Shown: positions 52,033-62,108, numbered from the stretch's first letter. The stretch: 64,000 nucleotides of DNA from an uncultured Spirochaetota bacterium (GCA_963783575.1 CAWAOD010000011.1:96001-160000); one strand, 5' to 3'. The notes: generated from the letters alone by a model not told the origin. Numbers and translations: made by a program.

Positions 52033-52723
52033 ATGAATGAAATCGAAATTTATTATTTTTCAGGTACTGGAAAACAAACGGAAAACTTATACCTTTGGCC
52101 TCCGTGACGAATAAAGAAAGCATAAGTACCGATGCCGGTATAATTGGAATTATATTCCCGGTTTATTATCTTTTCAACGGGGGAAAACCGCTTATCATAG
52201 AACGATTTGTTAAAAACCTGAAAAACATTGATTTAAAATAAATATTCGCTGTATGCAAAACTGCTTTTTACGGGGTACGGCAATCAATCAATAGAATAAA
52301 ATGATCCGGAAGTATGGCGATAAGCTTTCGGCATGATTTGCAGTACAGATGCCCTATAACTATACTGACTGGTTAGAATGTTCGATAACTGGAAGATAAA
52401 GCTTGATATGATTCATGAAATCGTTAACCTAAAAGAGAAAGTAAATTTGAAACAAGTTCTAATATCAGCGAAGCTTTGTTAGGTTTGATCGGTTTAAGGA
52501 AAAATGCCAAATCTCATTATAATTGAAAGCCAATTTCAAGAAAGATCCGGGTCTTTCTTTTAATGAAATCTTGCCCTTTATGGACAGGAGCTACCGTTAC
52601 AATGAGAACTGTAATGGCTGTGGCATATGCTCGAAGATTTATCCCGTAAATAATAGAAATGAGACCTGCAATGGTACCTGGAGGAAGCAATATTTAGATA
52701 TGTTAAGGCAGGATTTGCCTTAA
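52033..52723 (+). pseudogene. Decayed flavodoxin-ferredoxin (EFR1-like) gene
   Basis: GGAGG RBS, MNEIEIYYFSGTG, IGIIFPVY, and later CNGCGICSKIYPVNN, separated by stops and frameshifts. Confidence 0.7.
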
Positions 52724-52763
52724 AAGGATTCCAAATTATAATAGTAAAAAATGGAGGAATAAT

Positions 52764-53603
52764 ATGACCGGTTTTTTAAGGTTTTTCTTTTTGGTAGCGA
52801 TTTTATTTTTAATTTTTCTGACTTGTGCTTTTCCGATGGGAGCGAAAAATGAAAAAATACCATTAAAGCCCTATCCGGTTATTGACATCCCGGACGGGGA
52901 GTTTCTCCATTACGGAAACTATTCGCATAGTGAAAAGTATGGTGACACCTATATGGTTATTAAAAAGGAAGCAAATGAAAGCGGGGATTTTAATTACCGT
53001 ATTTATAAGGACGATATACGCATATCGGGCGGGAAAAAGCTTCCGGAAAATTATAAAGACTGGCAGTCATCTTTCCTTATAGACCCGAAACGCGGGTCCG
53101 TTCTTGAAGCCTCTGAAAACCTTGGTTATGACCGCGAGGGTGATTCAGGAACCGCAAACTATAATTACAGGTTATATCCCGAAAAGGGCTATGTCGATTT
53201 TGTATCGAAAACTATAAAGAATAAAGTTTTATCTGAAAGTAAATACCGTGTTAAAGTAAATCCGGATTTTCCTGCCTGGGATAATTTTTCTATGTATTAC
53301 GCGCCGTGTTTTCTTGATAACCGGAGCGGGGGAATTATGTATTTGATAAATCCTGCTTTTTTCAAAGAACCTTTGCCGGTTTCATTTAAGCATTTATCAG
53401 CCGATACGATTCGGACAAAAGCCGGAACCTTCCGTACTTCTAAAGCGGTAATAATCTTTGCCGATGCCTTTATCAGCAAACTTATGGAACCTTTATTAAA
53501 AGGAACCGCAATGTGGGTTGAGGATTCTGACAGAAGGATTTTAATTAAAGCAGAGATGGCGGGATATGTAGCCTTTATAGAGGAAATTTCCAATGTGAGA
53601 TAA
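52764..53603 (+). CDS. Exported protein, paralog 10
   Basis: IPDGEFLHYG, IDPKRG, TKAGTF, ADAFISKL, VEDSDRR, EEISN. Confidence 0.85.
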   Translation: MTGFLRFFFLVAILFLIFLTCAFPMGAKNEKIPLKPYPVIDIPDGEFLHYGNYSHSEKYGDTYMVIKKEANESGDFNYRIYKDDIRISGGKKLPENYKDWQSSFLIDPKRGSVLEASENLGYDREGDSGTANYNYRLYPEKGYVDFVSKTIKNKVLSESKYRVKVNPDFPAWDNFSMYYAPCFLDNRSGGIMYLINPAFFKEPLPVSFKHLSADTIRTKAGTFRTSKAVIIFADAFISKLMEPLLKGTAMWVEDSDRRILIKAEMAGYVAFIEEISNVR

Positions 53604-53609
53604 TAAGAT

Positions 53610-54098
53610 ATCGGCGGCTGCACCGTATTTGATTTAAATCTGCCCGAAGTTCGAGTCCTCAAACTTATTATTTTAACCCATGGAGACCCGGATAATGCAG
53701 GCAATTACGCTTATCTGCGTGAGAAATACAAAACAAAAATCACTATGCATAGAGGCGATTTGATTCTCGTTAAAGACAGAGTGATGTCAAACGTGAAAAT
53801 TAAGTCTTTAATTTTACAATCTATGAGGATTTTGATTTTTCACCTTATGGATTAAATGCAAAAGTTTTATATCTACAGGACCATACGCTGGGTTCGATAG
53901 GAGTACTTACTTCGGAAGGTGACTTCTTTTGCGGCGATATTTTCAGCAATTCAGGCAGGCCTGTGGTCTCAATGTCTGTTGAAAATTCAGTGATTTAAAT
54001 CAAGCTTAAACAGGCTAAAGAATTTAAATATAAAAAAGGTATATACGGGCCATAGAAAACCATTTAAAATGGGATTGCTTATAAAAAATTATCGGTAA
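53610..54098 (+). pseudogene. Decayed MBL-fold hydrolase, related to 43172-43858
   Basis: Remnants LKLIILTHGDPDNAGNYAYLREKYKTKI, GHTLGSIGVLTSEGDFFCGD, VYTGHRKPF with no start and several stops. Confidence 0.7.
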
Positions 54099-54119
54099 AA
54101 ATTAAATTTCAATATTATA

Positions 54120-55361
54120 TTAATATATGCATTGTTTTTTTCTGCACCAAATAAATAGCAGCCATGCTATTAGAATCATTGCCGATGTAATCCAGATCGG
54201 AAGTGTGGTGTTATAACCTACGATAAATCCTCCAATAAGCGGAGGTATGAATTGAGCCGCTGCCTGTATGGATTGGTTGACGCCAAGTATTTCACCCTGC
54301 GAATGTTCGCTGCCAAGCCCGGATATAACTGCGGTCAAATTTGGGTTTGATAGCCCATTGAACAGAGGAACTAAAAATACAACCGGAAATATCAAGACAA
54401 ATGAAGGCATTAGGAGAATGAGGGGAAATACAGCCGCTAGTAAAATGAAAGTGAAACTGAGTATTTGAGAAGGCCGGAAACGCCTGGTCACAGGACGAAT
54501 TACAAATGCTTGTACCAGGATTGAAGATATACCGATGAAGGAAAAGAGAATTCCGATCTGAGAACGGGTTATTGAAAAACGGTCAATAAGATAAACCTGA
54601 AAGAATTGAGTAAAAAAATTAAATCCGAAACCGAGAAAAAAAACCACAAGAAAAAGATTTCTATGAACAGGGTCCTGAAAGGCTTTGATAATATTCACCG
54701 GGCCTGTTAATGGATGGAAATCTCTCAGTTTGCGCTTTTCCACAGGAAGTGTTTCCGGGAATTGAAGCGAAACCTGGATAAAATTGACCAGAGTTAAAAT
54801 TGAAGCGAGCCAGAAAGGGATGTCATAATTAAACCATGACACAATTTTCGGATCTGAAAGAAATCCTCCGAGCGCCGGTCCTATAAAGAAACTGGCCCCG
54901 AATGCCGCTCCTATAAGCCCGAAATTCCCGGGCCGGCTTTTTTCGTCGCTTATATCAGAGATTGCGGATTGATTAACCGACAGATTTCCGCTGAGCCCTC
55001 CCATAATCATTCTGCTTAATAAAGCAAGCGCAAGGCTTCCAATCCTGATGCCGACTGCCATGAGAATATACCCTGCGAACATACCCAGAATTGAATAGGA
55101 AAGAACTGTTTTACGGCCATGCCGGTCAGAAAGAACCCCAAGTATGGGTGATGAGAAAAATTGAAACAGTGGATAAATTCCAAGAAGTAATCCAAGAATA
55201 ATTGTTCTTATGGGCATTGATGTACCCGGAGAAAGAATACCGCCTGTCTGATCCAGGCAGAGCGGTGTAAAAACAGGGATGGCAAGCGTCAGCCCCAACA
55301 AGTCAAGAAAAACTGTGAAAACAATAACAACCAGCGCCACTCTTGTCTGTTTTTGATCCAT
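54120..55361 (-). CDS. MFS transporter, TetA/DHA1-like
   Basis: About 12 TMs; GVLSDRHGRK motif A; GAAFGASFFIGPALGG motif C. Confidence 0.9.
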   Translation of the reverse strand: MDQKQTRVALVVIVFTVFLDLLGLTLAIPVFTPLCLDQTGGILSPGTSMPIRTIILGLLLGIYPLFQFFSSPILGVLSDRHGRKTVLSYSILGMFAGYILMAVGIRIGSLALALLSRMIMGGLSGNLSVNQSAISDISDEKSRPGNFGLIGAAFGASFFIGPALGGFLSDPKIVSWFNYDIPFWLASILTLVNFIQVSLQFPETLPVEKRKLRDFHPLTGPVNIIKAFQDPVHRNLFLVVFFLGFGFNFFTQFFQVYLIDRFSITRSQIGILFSFIGISSILVQAFVIRPVTRRFRPSQILSFTFILLAAVFPLILLMPSFVLIFPVVFLVPLFNGLSNPNLTAVISGLGSEHSQGEILGVNQSIQAAAQFIPPLIGGFIVGYNTTLPIWITSAMILIAWLLFIWCRKKQCIY

Positions 55362-55635
55362 AATTGCTCCTGATTATACTCTGTATATTCCAATAAAACA
55401 TAGGCAAAATCCTATAAAATTCTTTATAAAAATAATCATTTATCAACCATTAAGTCAAAAAGATACGCTTACAAAAAGTCTGCAATAAATTCTCACAGAT
55501 ATTTCTTCCAATAATTAATTAATAATTAACTTTAAAAACACATTTATTACATAAATCTGTTCTAAACTTTACGTAAAAATTTAACCTGAACCTGTCCGGT
55601 AAAAAATAAACTTTTTTATGTTATAGGAGATAGAT

Positions 55636-56061
55636 TTGTTTAATATAAATGAATATGCGGCTATTTTGCAATCTATCGATTCTTTTGAAGCTGAAAAGCT
55701 CGCTGTCATTGTCAAAAAATTGCCGGTTAAAATTATCCATGAAAAAGAAACGGGTATGATAATGATACGCACTATCGACTCGTTTGGGAATCCTTTTTAT
55801 ATCGGCGAAGTCTTGGTGACATCTTCGGAAGTGGAATATAAATCTTTTCGCGGATACGGTATGCTTGCCGGAAGCGACGGGAACAAATCGCTTGTTCTTG
55901 CCGCTATCGACGCATTGTTTCAGGCGGGGGACGAAAATATTCTGAATGAAATTCAGCCGCTGATGGAAGAAAAGAAACTGGAAATGGAAAGAAAAACCAA
56001 ACAGGAAAAAATATTTATTGAAAGTACAAAAGTTCAATTCGGACTGATGGCGGAGGTTTAA
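55636..56061 (+). CDS. phnG: C-P lyase subunit PhnG
   Basis: ETGMIMIR, FYIGEVLVT, GYG, LAAIDA, TKVQF; first gene of the phn cluster. Confidence 0.85.
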   Translation: MFNINEYAAILQSIDSFEAEKLAVIVKKLPVKIIHEKETGMIMIRTIDSFGNPFYIGEVLVTSSEVEYKSFRGYGMLAGSDGNKSLVLAAIDALFQAGDENILNEIQPLMEEKKLEMERKTKQEKIFIESTKVQFGLMAEV

Positions 56062-56622
56062 ATGAATCCGGAAAGAAGCGGTTTTCAATTGACTCAGGAA
56101 AATTTCCGGGTTCTACTTGATTCTATGTCACACCCAGGAAGGATATTAAAACTTCCGGATGATTTTCCTGCGGTACTTTATACGCTTCTTGATCATGAAG
56201 TCTCATTCACTGTGATAGGTCCTGGGGCTAGTGAGGAATTTATACACCGGATTTACCAGATGACCAAATCGCCCTATTCCGGTATCGATGAAGCGGATTA
56301 TGTGGTGGTATGCGGAGGTTCTAGCGGAGATATGCTTGCGCATGTCAGAAGAGGCGAACTGGAATTCCCCGATCGAGGCGCCACAGTATTTTACGAAGTG
56401 GGTGAACTGGGCGGAAATCAGGGGAGCAAAATTCAATTGATGGGCCCGGGCGTTATAGATTTGATAGAATTAAATGTTTTCGGTATAGACAATAACGACC
56501 TGTCAATGATTAACGAGATCAATACAGAGTATCCGCTGGGTATCGATATTATATTTATCGATCGTTCGATGAACATAGCCAGTATTCCGCGGTCTTCACG
56601 AATCAGCCTCATGGGGGAGTAA
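56062..56622 (+). CDS. phnH: C-P lyase subunit PhnH
   Basis: FRVLLDSMSHPG, TLLDHE, FPDRGAT, GPG, YPLGIDI, SIPRS. Confidence 0.92.
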   Translation: MNPERSGFQLTQENFRVLLDSMSHPGRILKLPDDFPAVLYTLLDHEVSFTVIGPGASEEFIHRIYQMTKSPYSGIDEADYVVVCGGSSGDMLAHVRRGELEFPDRGATVFYEVGELGGNQGSKIQLMGPGVIDLIELNVFGIDNNDLSMINEINTEYPLGIDIIFIDRSMNIASIPRSSRISLMGE

Positions 56623-56625
56623 TTA

Positions 56626-57735
56626 ATGGGATATGTCGCTGTTTCAGGAGGGCGAGAGGCGATTGAAAACGCCGGAAGCTTCCTGAATTATAACAGGATA
56701 AAGGGGCAATCAGCCCCTATCAGTATAGAACAGATAAGGGATCAAATGTATTTTCTGGTGGACAGGGTTATGGGGGAAGGTTCTCTTTACGCTCCCGACC
56801 TCGCGGCACTTGCTTTGAAACAGTCGGCAGGCGACACATTCGAGGCGGCATTTATGGTACGAGGTTATAGAACCACTCTACCAAGACTGGGATATTCCCT
56901 GCCCCGCTCGACGGAAAATATGCGCGTCATCCGCAGGATTTCCTCGGCGTTCAAGGATATTCCCGGCGGACAGATTCTCGGTCCTACGCCGGACTATACT
57001 TTACGCCTGCTCGATTTCAGCCTGGCTGAAGAAACGCCGGAATCAGTGGAAGAAAGTATAAATCATTTTTTTGAGAACCTTGAGTACCGGGGAGAAATCC
57101 CTGACACTTTCCCGAAAATGGTCGAAATCCTGAGGAAAGAAAATCTACTTGTTTCTAAGTTCAATACCGGAAACACGGAAACGGATTGTTTTGATATTAC
57201 CCGGGAATCCATGGTGTTTCCCGCGCCGAGAAGCGCCGCTCTGCAAAGTATGGCCAGGGGAGAAACCGGGGGAATGCTGGCGCTGGCGTATTCCAATATG
57301 CGCGGTTATGGAAGCGCTCATCCGACAATCGGAGAACTGCGGGTCGGCTACCTTCCCGTTATAATGGAGCACCCATACCGGAAGGAAGCGGTTTCTATCG
57401 GAGAGATCAAAGTGACAGAGGCCGAGATCATATCCTCCATTACGGTGGATGAAGGCTCGCCGAAATTCGCGCTTGGCTATGGGCTATGCTTTGGCCATAA
57501 CGAAACCAAGGCAATCTCAATGGCGGTACTGGACCGCGCAATGCAGAACAGGCGGCCGAAGTATCCTTCGGAAGATCAGGAATTTGTGCTGTCCCATATC
57601 GACGGGATTGAATCGATGGGCTTTGCCAACCATTTCAAGCTTCCGCATTATGTGACTTTTCAATCCTCGCTTGACCGTTTGAGATGTTCCATCAAAAATA
57701 CCGGCCAAAAGGTTAAAAATAATGGAAAGAAATAA
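56626..57735 (+). CDS. phnI: C-P lyase subunit PhnI
   Basis: YVAVSGGREAI, VDRVMGEGSLY, RRISSAFKDIPGGQILGPT, HFKLPHYVTFQS. Confidence 0.96.
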   Translation: MGYVAVSGGREAIENAGSFLNYNRIKGQSAPISIEQIRDQMYFLVDRVMGEGSLYAPDLAALALKQSAGDTFEAAFMVRGYRTTLPRLGYSLPRSTENMRVIRRISSAFKDIPGGQILGPTPDYTLRLLDFSLAEETPESVEESINHFFENLEYRGEIPDTFPKMVEILRKENLLVSKFNTGNTETDCFDITRESMVFPAPRSAALQSMARGETGGMLALAYSNMRGYGSAHPTIGELRVGYLPVIMEHPYRKEAVSIGEIKVTEAEIISSITVDEGSPKFALGYGLCFGHNETKAISMAVLDRAMQNRRPKYPSEDQEFVLSHIDGIESMGFANHFKLPHYVTFQSSLDRLRCSIKNTGQKVKNNGKK

Positions 57736-58570
57736 ACAATATAATTTTGCCTTCCTTGACGAAACTGCCAAGCGCGAAATAAGGCGTAAAATTTTAAAGG
57801 CGGTTGCGATTCCCGGCTGTCAGGTTCCTTTCGGTTCGAGGGAACTGCCTATCGCGAGGGGCTGGGGCACCGGCGGACTGCAGATAACCCTGTCGATTAT
57901 CGGCTTAAAGGATGTGCTCAAAGTGATTGACCAGGGAAGCGATAACAGCGTCAACGCAGTCAATATCCGGAAATTTATTGAACAGGTAACAGGTATTAAA
58001 ACTGCTACCGACACAACATCGGCGACAATAATCCAGACACGCCATAGGATACCTGAAGAGCCGCTCCGGGACGGACAGATCCTGGTTTTCCAGGTTCCTC
58101 TTCCGGAGCCTCTCCGGCTTGTCGAACATTCCGAACGGGAAACCCGCAGGATGCATGGGGAGGCGGATTATTCCAGAATGTGGCTCTACCTTTACGAAAG
58201 TATTGTAAAATTTAAAGAGATCACAAGAGGAGCGGATTATCCGGTGATGGTTAACCGCCGACATCTCATGTCGCCTTCGCCCATACCGAGATGGGACGTA
58301 CCCGCATTATCCTATGCGGATGCGCTTTTTCTTTTCGGGGCGGGAAGGGAAAAAAGGATTTATGCCATTCCGCCCTATACAATTGTTGAACCGATTGAAT
58401 TTGAGGATTACCGTTTCCGGGTAGAGGATTTCGAGGGGCATTTCTGCTCTGAGTGCAGGAGCACAGACACTTATTTAAATGAGATTGTGGACGACAAAAC
58501 CGGAAATAGGACTTACAGCTGTTCAGATACATCTTACTGTAAGAAAATAAAAGAAGGACTATTAAAATGA
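57722..58570 (+). CDS. phnJ: C-P lyase PhnJ (radical SAM-like)
   Basis: YNFAFLDE, GWGTGGLQIT, QTRHRIPE, CSEC...CSDTSYC. Confidence 0.97.
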   Translation: MERNKQYNFAFLDETAKREIRRKILKAVAIPGCQVPFGSRELPIARGWGTGGLQITLSIIGLKDVLKVIDQGSDNSVNAVNIRKFIEQVTGIKTATDTTSATIIQTRHRIPEEPLRDGQILVFQVPLPEPLRLVEHSERETRRMHGEADYSRMWLYLYESIVKFKEITRGADYPVMVNRRHLMSPSPIPRWDVPALSYADALFLFGAGREKRIYAIPPYTIVEPIEFEDYRFRVEDFEGHFCSECRSTDTYLNEIVDDKTGNRTYSCSDTSYCKKIKEGLLK

Positions 58571-59436
58571 GACCCATTCTGGAAGTGAAGAATCTTTCTA
58601 AAATATACGGGGCTTCATGTCCGGACTGTCTTACATCAACGGTGGAATCGGCATCAAATATATGTTCTTCATGCGGCTCTATCATAGCATGCAATGACGT
58701 CAGTTTCGAGCTTTATGAGGATGAAGTGCTGGGAATAGTTGGGGAAAGCGGTTCCGGCAAATCGACCCTTGTTAAAATCCTTTACTTTGAGGAGGTGCCT
58801 TCATCCGGCGAAATGCGTATTTATTCCGGGCGAAAGAATTATTTTACCATCCCCGGCGTTAATACCGATTTTGTTACGGATGCGGATTTGTTCAAGATCA
58901 ATTCCTTCCACAAACGTCTTCTCAGGAATCACTTTATGGGTATGGTTTATCAGAATCCCCATCTGGGATTGAAAATGCAGGTATCGGCCGGAGGAAATAT
59001 TGGAGAAAGGCTGTTAATGGCTAACTGGCGGAATGTGGAAAAAATACGCGGACGGGCGGCAGAATTGCTTGAAAAAACAGAAGTGCTTGTTCAAAGGATG
59101 GATGAAGCCCCCGAGAATTTCAGCGGTGGTATGCAGCAGCGGGTACAGATTGCCCGCGCTCTTTCAAACAACCCGCTCGTGCTTTTTTTAGACGAGCCGA
59201 CAACCGGTCTTGATCTTTCCGTTCAGGCACGCGTGCTTGACCTGATCCGCAAACTGCAGAAAGAAATGAGGCTTACCATAATAGTTGTTTCCCATGATCT
59301 CGGTATTATCCGGCATCTCACCACGCGGACAATGGTTATGAAAAACGGAAGGGTGGTTGAAAAAGGTTTGACCGACCAGATACTTGAAGATCCTCAGCAT
59401 GCCTATACCCAGCTTCTGGTTAATTCCACGCTTTAA
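58567..59436 (+). CDS. phnK: C-P lyase ABC ATPase PhnK
   Basis: GESGSGKST, FSGGMQQRVQIARAL, DEPTTGLD, EDPQHAYTQLLV; N-terminal CxxC pairs. Confidence 0.93.
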   Translation: MRPILEVKNLSKIYGASCPDCLTSTVESASNICSSCGSIIACNDVSFELYEDEVLGIVGESGSGKSTLVKILYFEEVPSSGEMRIYSGRKNYFTIPGVNTDFVTDADLFKINSFHKRLLRNHFMGMVYQNPHLGLKMQVSAGGNIGERLLMANWRNVEKIRGRAAELLEKTEVLVQRMDEAPENFSGGMQQRVQIARALSNNPLVLFLDEPTTGLDLSVQARVLDLIRKLQKEMRLTIIVVSHDLGIIRHLTTRTMVMKNGRVVEKGLTDQILEDPQHAYTQLLVNSTL

Positions 59437-59449
59437 GAGGATTAATTTT

Positions 59450-59770
59450 ATGAGAACAAAAGAAGAATATTATGAACAGGTATTAAAGAACAGGAGCATA
59501 GTTTCAGATGCGGAAAACCTTAAATGCTCATGCCCGAAAGTAAAATGCGAGTGGCATGGAAGATGCGTTGAATGTGCCGCACTGCACCGTTATTACAAAG
59601 ACCATGTCCCGAAGTGTTTCCAGCCGTTTATAAGGGATAAAATCGCGTTAATCGCTCAAATCGCGGAATTGGTTACAATTGAAAAAGAAATGACCCCTCC
59701 GGAATACCGTGATTATGTCCGGGAAAGAGATTTACAAAAGAAACGGCAAGAGGATTTTTTTAATGCTTAA
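59450..59770 (+). CDS. Small Cys/His-rich protein of unknown function
   Basis: CSCPKVKCEWHGRCVECAALHR...PKC; GAGG RBS; overlaps the phnL start. Confidence 0.7.
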   Translation: MRTKEEYYEQVLKNRSIVSDAENLKCSCPKVKCEWHGRCVECAALHRYYKDHVPKCFQPFIRDKIALIAQIAELVTIEKEMTPPEYRDYVRERDLQKKRQEDFFNA

Positions 59771-60494
59771 AATAGAAAATCTGAGCAAGGTATTTTATAT
59801 TCATATTTTGAACGATAAGGTGATCGAAAGTTTTAATAATGTGAATTTTACATTGAGGGAAGGCTCTTCCCTGGGGATTTCCGGGCCGAGCGGCGCGGGT
59901 AAAAGCTCTATTCTTAAGTGTATATACCGTACTTATATTGCGTCCTCCGGGAGCATACTCTATGAGTCATCGCAGTTCGGCAATGTCGATCTGGCTTGTG
60001 CGCCGGAACATGTGATAATCCGAATCCGTGCGCATGAAATCGGCTATACTACCCAATTCCTGAAGGTTATTCCGAGGATACCGGCGCTCGATGTAGTAAC
60101 TGAACCGCTGGTTAATGATGGTGAGGATATCGAACAGGCGAGGTTAAAAGCGGCTGAAATCCTGACGCGTCTCCAAATTCCGGAAAAGCTCTTCGGGGCC
60201 TATCCATCGACTTTCAGCGGGGGTGAACAGCAGAGGGTTAATATAGCCCGCGCGGTCATTCGGAGGCCTAGGCTTCTGCTCCTCGATGAGCCGACCGCGT
60301 CTCTTGATGTCAAATCAACCGGGATTGTTCTTGATATACTGAAGGAGCTTCGCACCCGCGGCACAACGATGATCGGCATTTTTCACGACCCGGATACTCT
60401 TAATGAATTCGCCGACAAAAAATATGAATTGCACCTGAACAAAGACAAAATGGAATTCCTTCTTAGACCGGAGACGGCTATGGAGTATTTATGA
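59763..60494 (+). CDS. phnL: C-P lyase ABC ATPase PhnL
   Basis: GPSGAGKSSILKCIYRTY, QFLKVIPR, PSTFSGGEQQRVNIAR, IGIFHD. Confidence 0.93.
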   Translation: MLKIENLSKVFYIHILNDKVIESFNNVNFTLREGSSLGISGPSGAGKSSILKCIYRTYIASSGSILYESSQFGNVDLACAPEHVIIRIRAHEIGYTTQFLKVIPRIPALDVVTEPLVNDGEDIEQARLKAAEILTRLQIPEKLFGAYPSTFSGGEQQRVNIARAVIRRPRLLLLDEPTASLDVKSTGIVLDILKELRTRGTTMIGIFHDPDTLNEFADKKYELHLNKDKMEFLLRPETAMEYL

Positions 60495-60916
60495 CAATCC
60501 GGAAAGCTGTACCTTCGGATGCCAGAGCAGTCGCCGGTCTTATCGGCCAGTTAGACTATGATATAACCTTGGAATCAATCCGTAAAAAAATTGAAAATTT
60601 CAGCCGGGATGAAAACGCGCTCCTGCTGGTTTATCTGGTGGATGGCGCTGTAGCGGCATTTATTTCCCTGTTTTTTATTCCACAGATAGCACTCGAAGGG
60701 AGTTTTGCCAGGATCAGCTATTTCTGCGTGGATGAAAAATACCGGGGACGGAAAATCGGCGAAGCAATGGAAAATTACTGCGTTGAAGAGTCACGCAGGA
60801 GGGGCTGCGACCGGATAGAACTTCACAGCCATTCGAGGCGCGTTGACGCGCACAGGTTTTATAAAAAACATGGGTATGAAGAATCCCCGAAGTATTTTAT
60901 AAAGAAATTGAAATAA
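60491..60916 (+). CDS. GNAT acetyltransferase, PhnO-like
   Basis: VDEKYRGRKIG, IELHS..RR.DAHRFY; located in the phn operon. Confidence 0.8.
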   Translation: MTIRKAVPSDARAVAGLIGQLDYDITLESIRKKIENFSRDENALLLVYLVDGAVAAFISLFFIPQIALEGSFARISYFCVDEKYRGRKIGEAMENYCVEESRRRGCDRIELHSHSRRVDAHRFYKKHGYEESPKYFIKKLK

Positions 60917-60935
60917 ATTTATTTGAGGTTATGTT

Positions 60936-62108
60936 ATGCAATGTATGAAACCCCCCTTTTCAATCATCAACACAAGGGTTGTTACACCGGAAGGCATTCT
61001 GGATAACGGGGCGGTCCTGATTGAAGACGGCATAATTAAGGAGATTTCTGAAAACTATTCCGGGCGGAATGTTCATTATATAGATGCGGGTAAAGCGCTG
61101 CTTTTGCCCGGTTTTATAGATGTTCACAGCGATGCGATTGAGAAGGAAATCGAAGCCCGACCGGGAACGTATCTTGAGACCCGGATAGCTCTCTTTGAGC
61201 TTGACAAAAAGCTGGCCGCATCCGGGGTAACAACAATTTATCATTCGCTTTCATTCGCACAGGAAGGAGTGATTCTTGTCCGCTCACTTGATATCGTTGG
61301 AAAAGTTATACGGGAAATCAAGAGGCTTTCGGGACAGTTTTGCGTAAAAACAAAAGTCCATGCCCGCTATGAGATTACAAATTCCAATGATTTAAAGGGG
61401 ATAGAAGAGCTGGCGGAAGAAGGCCTGATCGATCTGATGTCCCTGATGGACCATACACCGGGGCAGGGACAGTTTAAGGATAAGGACCAGATCTATAAAT
61501 ATTACGGCAGCCGTTTCGGGATTGGGGATAAGGAAATCGAAAAACTGGTTATTGACCGGCAGAGTTTCCGTGAGGAAGTCGGAGATATAAACGCCCGCGA
61601 GATCGAGGAGATCTGCAGGAAAAAAGATATACCGCTGGCGAGCCATGATGATGACAGTTCTGAAAAGGTCCTGAAAATGAAAAAATATGGCGCAATTATA
61701 TCAGAATTCCCGGTTAACCTTGAGGCAGTGAAAGCGGCAAAAGATTTGGGCACATATATCGCGCTAGGCTCTCCAAATATTCTTCGAGGGCATTCTCATA
61801 ATAACAACCTCAGCTCCCGCGATCTTTTGATTCAGGGATACGGCGATATTGTCTGCTCGGATTATATTCCTTCCACGCTTCTATATGCGCTTTTTGTACT
61901 GGTTCAAAACAACATTTTTGATCTTCCTGATGCTGTGAAGCTTTTCAGCGCTAATCCCGCCCGAGCTCTTGGTATTGATCGGGAAACAGGAACCATTGAA
62001 GCCGGAAAAGACGCCGATCTGTTTCTGGTCAATGACAGAGGAGAGCTTCCCAGGATTATAAAAACATTCGTCCGTGGAAGAGAGGTTTATTCAGTATGCC
62101 TCGAATAG
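60936..62108 (+). CDS. phnM: Ribose 1-methylphosphonate 5-triphosphate diphosphatase PhnM
   Basis: LPGFIDVHSD, MDHTPGQGQF, ASHDD, SEFP, SDY.P. Confidence 0.94.
   Translation: MQCMKPPFSIINTRVVTPEGILDNGAVLIEDGIIKEISENYSGRNVHYIDAGKALLLPGFIDVHSDAIEKEIEARPGTYLETRIALFELDKKLAASGVTTIYHSLSFAQEGVILVRSLDIVGKVIREIKRLSGQFCVKTKVHARYEITNSNDLKGIEELAEEGLIDLMSLMDHTPGQGQFKDKDQIYKYYGSRFGIGDKEIEKLVIDRQSFREEVGDINAREIEEICRKKDIPLASHDDDSSEKVLKMKKYGAIISEFPVNLEAVKAAKDLGTYIALGSPNILRGHSHNNNLSSRDLLIQGYGDIVCSDYIPSTLLYALFVLVQNNIFDLPDAVKLFSANPARALGIDRETGTIEAGKDADLFLVNDRGELPRIIKTFVRGREVYSVCLE

Noticed and set aside
35466..53603. Paralog array as integron cassettes or diversity-generating retroelement targets
   Set aside because: Gaps between the first four copies are under 20 nt with no attC-like sites; no integrase or reverse transcriptase; no adenine-specific TR/VR pair seen, and C-termini are conserved rather than variable.
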